From Eledone cirrhosa (Eukaryota), in assembly GCA_964016885.1 (NCBI GenBank), contig OZ024740.1, positions 407,464,001 to 407,528,000 of the forward strand: a stretch of DNA of 64,000 nt, read 5' to 3'. Both the position numbers and the translations under genes were made by a program. Positions 49,524 to 60,920 of the stretch are shown here, piece after piece; within the stretch, counting starts at the first letter, position 1; every line of letters begins with the position of its first letter. The notes under the pieces are model-generated. The model had not been told where the DNA came from. It ran no database searches and worked only from the letters and a program-made list of their open reading frames with translations.

Positions 49524-50444
49524 GGTGAAAGCAGCAGTATCCTGATCTAAGGATCAGCAAACTACAAATACTCTTTATACAACAAGCAAAAGAGAAAGAA
49601 AAAATGTAGACTAATACTTATAATTGAAATTAAAAAAGAAAATTCATTGAAGAACATATTCAAACTTTAACCAATGAAATTCATTCAAAATTTAATATTA
49701 CACCTGTAGAAAGATTGACGATTACATTTTAATGTTTTTGCTGTGAATATTAAAAAAAAAAAAGAAATCATTTACAGAAACAAATGTTTAAAATCTAAAA
49801 TAATTTATACACAAATATGTTTTCAAAGAGAAAGAATAGCCATTAGTTAATTTGTAAATTTTCTTTTAAAAGTATTATATCTTTAAAAAAAATACTTCTT
49901 AAAACAAGTATTTTTTTTACTGCAAGTGTAATTGCTTTTGAAATGTCAATACAAAAAAAAAAGTTTCTATAGTAATAAGCAATAAATGTAGGTATTTACA
50001 GTCTGTTACTAAGGCATTCTAAACAGCATTTATCTGTCAATTAAAAAAATTTAGTTTTGAGAAGATAAAAATTCCTTGATTTCATTTTTGTGTAACATTT
50101 ATGTACATATCAGAATTTTTACATACTACCGACACAGATGTAGACACACATTCTCACACTCACACATTCTCACACTCACACATACTCTCTCACATATGCA
50201 AATCGAGCTATAGAAACAGTGATGATGCATTTGGACATGTATGTTTGAAAGTATATATATATATGTATATCTACACATACATATATTATCCAATATGGGT
50301 AAATATATTTGAAGTAAAAATATTGATGGAAGAACTTTTATTAAAAAACAAAATTAGTAAATGAAACTAATATTTAAGACAATATGAGAAGAGAACTGTA
50401 AAGAGAAAACAATCTCTGTTTATTTCTTGCAAGTTATCAATTTC

Positions 50445-50640
50445 AAATTCTGGCATAACGTCACTAAATTATTGAAGAGGAGTGTAGTTGATTAAATTTA
50501 CCTTAGTACAAGAATGGTACTTTATTTCATCAACTTTAGAAGGATAAAATATAAAGTTGACCTTGGTGGTATTTGAACTCAGAATGTAAAGGAATATAAC
50601 TAAATACCACAAAGTATTTAGGCCGGCATTCTGCTCCTCT
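50445..50640 (-). mobile_element. Diverged Nin-domain-like SINE
   Basis: GGTACTTTATTTCATCAAC...AAAGTTGACCTTGGTGGTATTTGAACTCAGAATGTAAAG. Confidence 0.7.
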
Positions 50641-51255
50641 AATACCATTTAACTACTATTTATTAATATTATAATTTTACAGTCTTTGCTGTATGCTGCA
50701 AACCTTAATCAATGAATTTGCAAGTAATACAAACCTTTGTATGGTTGACACACATCTTTGCCAGTATCTATACTACATTAATTTACATCAAAGGTTTAAC
50801 AACTGATTCAACTTGTGTCACAGCATCATTTCTCAACATAGATTTTAAATACTCATATGGTTTATGTATACAGCCATAAATGATGGTTTTAAATTCTATA
50901 GCAAGTTGATTCTATACAAAGTAGTAGTTGCACTGAAGTCTAACAAACAACTGTCTTTCATTCTTATCACACGGTATAAAAAGAGACAACCTTACCCTTT
51001 TTTTTTCTTTTATTTAAAATGAAAGCAGTGCAAAGTAGGAAATGAATAATGAATATTGAAGATGGGATATGAGCATTTCCTTAAATTGTTGTAACACGTT
51101 AATGGAAATGGGTACCATGCTAAATGGAACCATAAAATAAAACCATTACATTAAGATCATGACTGATAGCCATTAGAGAACTGATTGAGTGACACATTTT
51201 AAATGAAGCAGCATTAGCCATATTAACTGGATCATTATTCTTCAATATCAAGTTT

Positions 51256-51462
51256 GTATTTAATATTGTGGAGCTGTTGGCTTTAGCTCATACAGTCAGC
51301 TTAAAGTATTTAATATTGTGGAGCTGTTGGCTTTAGCTCATACAGTCAGCTTAAAGTATTTAATATTGTGGAGCTGTTGGCTTTAGCTCATACAGTCAGC
51401 TTAAAGTATTTAATATTGTGGAGCTGTTGGCTTTAGCTCATACAGTCAGCTTAAAGTATTTA
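51256..51462. repeat. 50-bp tandem repeat, four identical units plus 7 bp
   Basis: GTATTTAATATTGTGGAGCTGTTGGCTTTAGCTCATACAGTCAGCTTAAA at 51256, 51306, 51356 and 51406. Confidence 0.97.
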
Positions 51463-54400
51463 GGTGTTAGAATGAATAAATTTAGATACAAGAAAAAATA
51501 ATGAATAAACCAAAGTGCTGTAGTGGTGGTAGGGTCAAATGTTGAGTGTATGTGCTTTCTATAAAAAAGACACAAACAATGTTAGAATTAGTTGTGATTT
51601 AATTATATTTTCAGGAATGAATTTGAAATATGTTATAAATTTCAAATTTGTGATGTATTTATTGAAAGTATGACTGAGAAATGAAGCAACTTCTTTGAAA
51701 TTGCATCATTTATTCAAATTGAGAATTTATTAAAAACATTTGAACATCTACATATAAAAATAAAGAACAGATAATAGTTCACATTCAAAATTAATAAAAC
51801 AACAATGAAAGCTGAGAAATTCCTGAAAAAATATTATTTGACACAAATAAATAAATAAAATGAAAAGAAATCAGCATTTAAAATGTTATACTGTGTAAAT
51901 TATTTCTCTCATTAGTGGAAATAATTATATTTAAAACTTCTGTGAGAGGAAAATATTTATTTGTAATTTTGAAAACAACTTATTTCTATAATAAATATCA
52001 CAGTTCAGCTCCTGTGGAAACTTTTTTCTTATTTCTTAGCAATTCATTTCTTTGAATGGGATTGAAGACAGGATTTTAAAGAAACCAAACAAAGCTAAAA
52101 GAATAAAGAGACAATTTGTTTTATAGCACATTATACAGATTTTGATTAATTTTCATTATATATCCTTAGCAATTCATACAATTTGAATTGCATTTGTCAT
52201 CTAAGTTTTTATAGCTACGTAGAGTCAAACAAATTCTGTTTAACTTCTAAAAGTTGTAGTGTATCTGAGCACTGTACACAATTTTCATTTTCATTATTAT
52301 TATTATAAATATCAGAGTTATATTTCCTTATATATTTATTGAATTTCATATCCATAAACCATAATATTTATAAAAAAATATAATAATAATGTGCAAAAGT
52401 CACATATAAGCTAGAAATAATTAAAAAACATTACACAAATACAAAAGAAACCAAAGAAATCATAAAAAAAAGAGAAAAGTTTAAGAAGTATCTATGTGTA
52501 ATTCAAAGTTTTGCTAAAGCATCAACCCTGACAAAACATTTTTTGGTGTTGAAACTGATTTTGATTTCAAATAAATGCATACAGTGCTTATTGTTCACTA
52601 ACCTTTCACCTGATCTCCTTTAAGAGTGTTAAGCTGATATTAATGCAAAACTTCACCTGTCATTTAAAAAGTAGTTATTAGAAAATTGGGAACATTAAAA
52701 TGTATGTAGCAATAATATGCAGTAGTTTGTTCTAAGCAGACATGGGTGTTTAATTCTTTGGCTTCACCACCTAAGACACCAATGTGTAAGGGAAGAAAAA
52801 ATCAGTGAAAATAGATTTGATAGTTTAATGATTTAAAAAAAAATGTTTAATTGTTTTTTTTTAAATTCTAATTCATTTTTTAACTGTAAATATAAAAAGT
52901 GAATGAAATCAAAAATTTATTTTAAAATGAATAAATAATTCTTTGACAAAATATTTCATAAGGAAAATTAAGTAAATTTTAGCAAATGATGCCCTTAACT
53001 AAATATTTACTAAAGTCTATAAATACAATGAAGAAACTAGAAGATATTTAATATCTGACATTGAACTACAATTAATAATCATTCTAGACTCTGAATATCT
53101 GTCACTAAATTTATGTACCTAAGAGTAACTACAGACACCCATCTATAAACATTTGGTACAATGCTTGGAAAGTAGAGAGTAAATTCTGAAAAAGATCTTT
53201 AGAAGTTAATATGTCTTTGATTTTATAGCAAATTCTGCTGAGGTTGATATAGCATTTCCTCACTAAGAGTACTAAAAATATAGCGATATCTTACTGAAAA
53301 TATTTAATTAGTTAGAGTTCTGGTATTTAAAAGTAAATAATTATTTAATAGCATTAGTATGTAAAGGAGTTTAAGATAAATATTACTATGAGATCATGGG
53401 TTTTCTGAAGATATTTAACAAACAGTTTTTGTTACAAATTAAAATCAACTTCATTTAATGTTTGCATTTCCTTCATATGAGAACAATAAAACAAAGTACC
53501 AATAATACACTATAATCAAGTCAATTAACAACCTTGATGCAGTGGTTTGAAAACTATGTTTTTGTACTCCAAGAATCTAGTCTGAAGGAGAATGTAGGAA
53601 ATGATGGCTGATTGACTAAAAAATGTGAAAAGAACTACATTTGACAGGAACAAAACAAACAAACAAAAAACCCCACCAAATACACAAAAACAAAGCAATT
53701 TAAAAGTAGCAAGATTAATCTACATGTTCTTTGCATGTTTTTTCATCTTCCTTTCTTGTCGCCAACCACATTGATTAAATAACAAGATGGTGGGAACAAA
53801 ACTAAGTAAAATGTTAATATGGTAGTGGGAACAAGAGTAACTAAATTGCTTACGAACCATTGTTTTGAACTGTGCCAATATTCCATATCTCCATGCTACA
53901 TATTTTGTTACCTTGTGAGAATATGGAAGATTCTTTGATAAACATTTCTCTGTAGATTATTTTGGGCTTAATTTGTAACTAAATCAATTCAAAATGAATT
54001 CATTTAATTTTTTATTTACTCCTTATATACACCCTCTGATTAATTTATTTCAACAAAATTAAAATTAAAAATATATTTGCAATAATTATCCTGAGTTAAT
54101 ATAAAAGAATGATAAATTTGAATTACTTATGATAATAAAGTTAATATCTATAAAGAGACAAAAAACAAACAAACAAGAACAATATTTAGAAAGCATGTGC
54201 AAGATACATCTCCTGCATGAGTTGGGATAGATACATCATCAGTGATGTGATCAGGGGTCATTGGGTGTTTCAGCTCTTTCAGCATCAGACATACTCACCC
54301 AGGGGCCTCAGCTAGGGTTAATCAGCAAAAAATAATGAAGTCAAAACTATTTATGATGAAATTAGAGCAACAGTTTTAGAAACAAAAGCAATGTTTAAAA

Positions 54401-55909
54401 TTATCCAAGCATTTCAATTATAATGTAGAAAAATATGTACCATAATTTATTGAATAGGATTCCAAAGAATAATTTTAAGCTAGGAGGGATTTCTAATTTT
54501 TTGTTTCATAAATATACATTTAAAGAAATAAGAGTGCCCCTGTATGGGAAATCTTTTCATCGTAAAGGATATTAGCTAAATGAGGACAATACATGATGAA
54601 AGCCTGAAGGTAGATTAACACAATTATTTTAAAGTTCACCTTATTGAATTTTATAAAGATTATATTTATAACTATAAACAAATTTAAGGAGATATAAAAT
54701 GAATATATTAAATAAGTAAAGCAAATCTTAAATTAAAAAAAAAAAATTCACACTTCTCATTTCTTTGAAGAGAATTCCTGCCTGAAATTGCAGAAATAAA
54801 ATTCTCCTCATTTTATATATTTTAATGTTAAATCAGGAATAAAAAGTCCATAGAGTTTTAACATAAATTGGAAATAAAATATTAGAGCCTTCAATGAAAT
54901 TGTAAATCATATGGACACTATAATTATTTACAACCGTTATTTTGTTTCATTACCATGGCTGTGTAGTGTGATGTGTTTTAAATCATCTGATATATTTGAA
55001 TTTTGTACAGGATTATAATAGTAAAGCAGTTTACATGATAGAGATGTTGAACATTAAAATTTGTGTTGTTCACCTGACTAATGTTTTAATTGTCAGCTTA
55101 TTCTATCTACTCATGTTTTTCATGACACAAGAGAATTCAATTTAATAATCAGTTTGACAACTTAGCAATCCTCACGTTGCATTTTAGAATCCACTATATT
55201 CAATCTATGGATTTCTAATTGATTTTAACAAAGCTTCTCTGACTTCATGTTGATAAAGAGATAATAGCTTGACATTAAAGAGAATGCACATGATTAAAAT
55301 AACAGCCCCCAAATTATTCAAATTTGCAGTTGCAATTATCTTATGTTAGATATCTAAGTATTAAAATATGTAAATTTAGTTTAACAATGGTTATCATATT
55401 TTTTAATATATCAACTTTCAATGGGAGAAGTCTTTATAAAAAGATTTATTAAACTGTTTGTGTGTGAAATATTTCTTGTGCATACTTATAAAAGATTCAA
55501 TTATAACTTCTTTTTTGCCCATTTATTTCTGGGAGTGTTGATGGGGTAGAGTACTCAAACAAGCAGGTCCTATTAGTAACAACCATACCCAATTGATCTT
55601 TCTATTTCTGATCATATTAAAACTTAATACACAAATATATTTAACTTGGAAAGATTATAGATAAAATATAAGTTGATGTCATTTGTTTTATTTTTAACTT
55701 TGTAGATTATGCTATATATATATATATATATATATATATACCATAATTTACAAAGTTAAAAAACAAATGTTAAATGTATTTGTGTATTAAATTTTAATTG
55801 AATTTTTTATAAGTATGCACAACAAATTCTTCTACACACAAACAGTTGTATGTATTGTATTTTGATTAGGAGAGAGGAACAATATCCTTTTTGTTCTCCG
55901 TCTCCTTCT

Positions 55910-56750
55910 TCCTCTTTGTCCACTTATTCCTGAGAGAGTCATGGGGCAGAGTACTCAAGCAGGTCCTGTTAGAAGCAACAATCTCCAACTGATCCAGCTG
56001 GATCTCTAAGTGAGACCAGCCAAGATCATGGATGTTATCCAACTATATTGCTCAGGGTCTCCTGCTGGTTGGTTTTGCCCATAAAATCTGTCCAGCCATT
56101 CTTTCCTGAGACATTCTAGTCACATGCCCATAGTATTGGAGCTGTGATCTCTCAATTCTGAAAAGTAGCAATTCTACCTGGAGGGACTTTTTGATCTCTG
56201 AGCTATGCACTCTATCGAGTAACGTTACTGCAATGACCCTTCGGAGGAACCCCATTTTGTCTGCTTGTATTTGCGATCATATTCTTTTGGTCATTACCCA
56301 AGATTCATGATCATAGGTAAGGGTTCGCATGAATATTGAATTGAAGATAGCAAGTTTGGCTTTTACACCTACCTCCGTTCTGATTACTGACTACTGAAGC
56401 TGGTGCATTACTGCACCAGCTCCTGCAATTTTTGCACTTAATTCAGCCTCCTCTCTTCCATCACTTGTGAACATGGCCCTGAGTTACTTGAACTTCTCTA
56501 CATGCTTCAGTCCAAAGTTAAGACATGGGAGGACTTTGGGGTTAAGTTGGAATCCGACTTCAGATCAGCAAATCTGGCCTGAGATGTTAAAAGCTTTAAA
56601 TGGTGCTAAATTGAAAGTATTTAATGTGGGAGTTAGACACTACCAAGGGTGCATACTGTCACCTCTCCTGTTCATTATTTACATGAACAGGATTGACATG
56701 CACAGCCTGGTTGGAAGTGGTGTCATGACTGGTGGGTGTAAAATCAGCCA
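55910..56750 (-). mobile_element. Old RTE-like LINE fragment with an inverted RT piece
   Basis: Minus strand 55910-56510 has TLTYDHESWVMT, IERSQLQYYGHVTRM and VEKFK*L. Plus strand 56610-56750 has QGCILSPLLFIIYM. Confidence 0.75.
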
Positions 56751-59088
56751 GCAAGAATTTGCTCTCAAGGAAGCCTGCACAATGCACTCTACATGTAAAT
56801 AGAGTTCTACTGAACAATATCCTAACAAGTATATATAAACAAAATCTACAATACCTCAATACATCCTCTCTGCTTAGCAAACAAATATGAATATATAACA
56901 TTCATAATTTCAAAACTGGGAAGACCACTAATAAATGGAGTGTTCAATACAATTTAAGATGCAGAATGGATATATTTATTTGGAGTGTAGTTACACAGTG
57001 CGCTTGTACATTTCAATAGGTAAGCTCATAAGGCTTATCCTTTTAATCTCTCTCCATATTTAGAATAAAGTGTAATATTTCATAAGGGACCTTTCAACCA
57101 TCTTTCTAAAAAAAAAATGTATCAGTATTATATTTAGCCCAACTGGAAAAATATTAAATCAAAATATTTAGGGATTTGATAATAACCTAAAAATACATCA
57201 GTAAAAGTGTATGGGAGTTTCTTTTAACACATGGATTTTAATAAATCGATTTACATACGGGTAGTTTATTAATTAAATATTGTCCATCAATATCAGGCAT
57301 TGCTGAATATCTGAAAAGGCACGATTTACATGTAAATATTCTTCATACATAGATCAACAGAGAAGTTAAAGCTACCCTAATTATTAATAAATTGTAAAAA
57401 AAGTATTTTTTTAAATTTAAAAGAGAAACCCTGTATGATTATATATATTTACATATATATGTGTGCGTGTATGTGTATTGAATTTTCTCTTTTTTGGAAG
57501 AAGTTGTAACTAGTACACTATACTATATATATATAGAACATTTTAAATGTCCCTAATGCTTTGAGTTTTATTTAATATGAAAATGGTTGTGAAATATTTT
57601 TATCATAAATATGAAAATAAAAATATCAAGTAAAATAATTAGGAAGAACAGTTAGTTTAGTTCATCATGATTTTAAACTATTTAAATAAATAAAAACTTA
57701 ACACATTTAAACAATTTAAATGCTGTACTTGTACAAAATCAATCATAGCAGGATTTACTTTCCTTAAAACTTTTCATTAGTAAGTGCTGATATATCTGTC
57801 TTCTATAATTTTCAAAAGAGCATTGTGTAAAGACCAACTATAGCTAAATGCGACTGAAAGCTCCTTTTTCTTGTTTTTTTTTAATGCTAATTAAAAGCAA
57901 CACCTAACAAGATGGATGTCTGTGATAGGAAATCTTTCTGAATACTGAGAGGATGTTAGAACAAATCCATGTTTTTCTAGATCTATGACAGGTTTTGCTA
58001 AGACTGCCAATACATTTTAAATTAATGCAAAAATAATATAGCGGTATTCAATACCTTTCACAAAACAAAACTCTAAATAGATAGGATGAAAATACTAATA
58101 AAATACAAAAATGCTTCCTATATCATTAATAATAAGTAGAACCAATTTAATAAGGAGAGTTAAAAAATCAATCAATTGAGAAAAGATAAAGAGTCAGCAT
58201 CAACTAGGAAAGGTTTTGCTTTATAGTTACATAGTCTATTATTGCAAATAATTCAGTTTGTCATATTTTTCTTAACATAAATACTCTGGACCACATAGGA
58301 TGTGATTTTAACAAAAATCATATCTCTAAATAATTAATTCAATAATTTTAGAACACAAAACAGTTGGCTAGAATATCTTCCAGCATACTAACAGTGATTG
58401 AGGTACTAAACCATTCTTTCCTTAAATAAATACATATTTTGTTGAATTCCCATTACACAATTTTTTAATGTTAAAATAGTTCTTTGATTTGTGAAGAATT
58501 TCAAAATTTCAACTGATACATATCAGCATGAGGTATTACACATATTCATGTACTGGAACCAGTAGTCACTGATAAAACATAGATCTCTCATAGATCAAGA
58601 GTTGGGTAGTTGCTGCACTCTCAGTATAAGAACAATAAGGGCAACTTTACTGATGTGAAGAAAGCAGTGTTAAGAGGCCATCAAAACTGTGCCAGCACAG
58701 TCACAAATTGGTATCAAAAATAGGAAATAAATATTGCATGGGTGGTATGGAAAAATTCAAAATATAGGCAATATGGAAGTTAAATTCTGTGAAAAAAATG
58801 TTTTTTAATTTTTGAAAAAACTTTTTTGAGATTTTCTTTCATTTAAAATTTGGTTTTCACTATTCACTCAACAGGAGGAATATATTCAGCATGTTCAAAA
58901 ATGCTCTTTAGTATATAAATATGTATTCTGGAGTATATTCCTATCGAAAGATATACAACATTTTAAGATTTATGATCTTTCACAAATCAGCAGGGTAGAA
59001 AGAACATTATCTGAATAAGGAATTAGGTAAAAAGCGACAGGTAAATATTCCAACTTCTGCATACTCAAGGATTTCAATCTAAATGGCT

Positions 59089-59244
59089 TCAAACAACAGT
59101 TCCTCGCATTCCTTTATAGCCATCTTTGTTACAACTTGTGTCTTCTTCTGCATCAGATTCTGAAATGTCATCTTCAGTATCCTTAGAATCTTCAATATTA
59201 GCTGTGTCCTCATCTTCATCACTGTGAGTATATTCAATTGGTAT
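59089..59244 (-). CDS. Probable terminal coding exon of an unidentified convergent gene (IPIEYTHSDEDEDTANIEDSKDTEDDISESDAEEDTSCNKDGYKGMRGTVV*)
   Basis: Minus-strand acceptor tatattttag at 59245-59254, 51 open codons with acidic coding-like composition, TGA at 59091-89. Upstream exons are not seen in the window. Confidence 0.65.
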   Translation of the reverse strand: MPIEYTHSDEDEDTANIEDSKDTEDDISESDAEEDTSCNKDGYKGMRGTVV

Positions 59245-59844
59245 CTAAAATATAAAAATATATATTTTCAAATTGATTTGATATATTTTGTACAAAGCAT
59301 TGACCAGTATTATGATAGCATTACAGTTTTTATATTGTTAATGAATTTAATGGATATATTGGGCAACACCAAAATGGTTTCTCTGGTGTACATGGACGTT
59401 ATTCTTAAGGTAAAAGGAATGAAAAAGGATCACAGCTATCAGAATTCTACGAAGTAAATTGACCAAACAATTTGCAACACTAACTTCTGGAAATTGGCTA
59501 AAGACCTGCGAAAAAGTCGTAAAAGATCATCTCCAGAGATAACACAAAACTGTAACAAGTGGTGAAACAATGTGTTAGAGAAATCTTGCCAAACTCATGT
59601 AAACATGGAAAAAAACAGCCGTGACATGATGACGAAGATATATAACATTCTTTATCATTACAGATTTACAAATAGAATTGGATCAAATTAATTAATTATA
59701 GATTCAGCTGCAGTTACTGGTTATTATTGTGTGAACAAAGATTAATAACTGTCTGAAATATATCAAATATTCACAATAATTTTAACATTATATATTCTAC
59801 AGTAACTGTTAAAACAAAGTTGGTATTCAAAATATTAACTAATT

Positions 59845-59960
59845 GTTTCTACTTTTGGCACAAGGCCAGCAATTACCCAGTGTATTATTGGTACTTTATT
59901 TTATCGACCCCATAAGGATGAAAGGCAAAGTTAACCTCGGCGGGATTTGAACTCAGAATA
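59845..59960 (-). mobile_element. Nin-domain-like SINE, 5'-truncated
   Basis: Near-identical to 48655-48765. Confidence 0.85.
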
Positions 59961-60394
59961 GCAATTCAAAAGATTAACTAATGCTGCCTACCCAGAACTG
60001 TTACATACTGATATCCCTTACTTGTCTATATTTTTCTATAGATATCAACTTCTTATTGTTTAGACTGAATTATATTAATTTCACGTGTTTGGAAAGCCTG
60101 CAAAGGTAACTGACATTACTCCTTCCCCTAATAAAATATGGTTAAACTGAAGTAGCCTGTTAGATAGAATAATGCACCAATTAAGAAATTAAAGCGTATA
60201 TTTTTTCTTTATATGTTCCATATTTTTCATATTGGCTGCTTCCTAAGGAAAATTCTTCTTCCCATAATATCAATTTTGTCCTGAGTTTAACATGTCATTT
60301 TTTAAACTGTCATTTGGACCGATCACTCACCATTCGCTCAGCTCCATCCACTTATATGCTTTTTCAAATATTAAGGAAGCGAGAGCATAAAGTG

Positions 60395-60920
60395 GTAATA
60401 ATAATAATAATAATTGTTTCTACTTTTGGCACAAGGCCAGCAATTACCCAGTACATTACTGGAATTTTATTTTATCGACTCCGTATACACATTAATCAGT
60501 ATACACTGAGGATGAAAAACTCAGAGCTGTATGGGAGCATCCCAAAAGTCAGCTCAAAAGTGACACAGAGGAGACTGAGGTTGGCTGGACATGCTCACCA
60601 ACATCCAGAGTTGACATTGCACTCAGTGCTCCTTTGGGAGCCCCTACATGGACACACTAGAAGAGGAAGACCAAGGTTAACATATGTTGATGCCCTAAGG
60701 ACAGACACTGGTCTGTTGGAGATGCAGGATATGGCAGCGATAATGAGGGACAGAGACCGCTGGAGAGAACTCGTCCATGGATCTCGGGAATTTTACCCGC
60801 CTTAGATAGATAGATAGATGGATGAAAGGCAAAGTTAACCTCGGCGGGATTTGAACTCAGACCATAAAGGGACATAACTATGAAAAGCATGTCCGACCCT
60901 CTACCGATACTGCCAATTCA
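60395..60920 (-). mobile_element. Nin-domain-like SINE split by a + strand LINE 3' fragment (~60486-60819)
   Basis: SINE halves ...TTATCGACTCCGTA | GGATGAAAGGCAAAG... flank RRLRLAGH...LLWEP.HG...RGRPRLTY..DRDRWR and a (TAGA)n tail. Confidence 0.85.

Noticed and set aside
60314-60805. 163-aa ORF as a host gene
   Set aside because: Chimeric read-through of (AAT)n, SINE sequence and a LINE C-terminal fragment.
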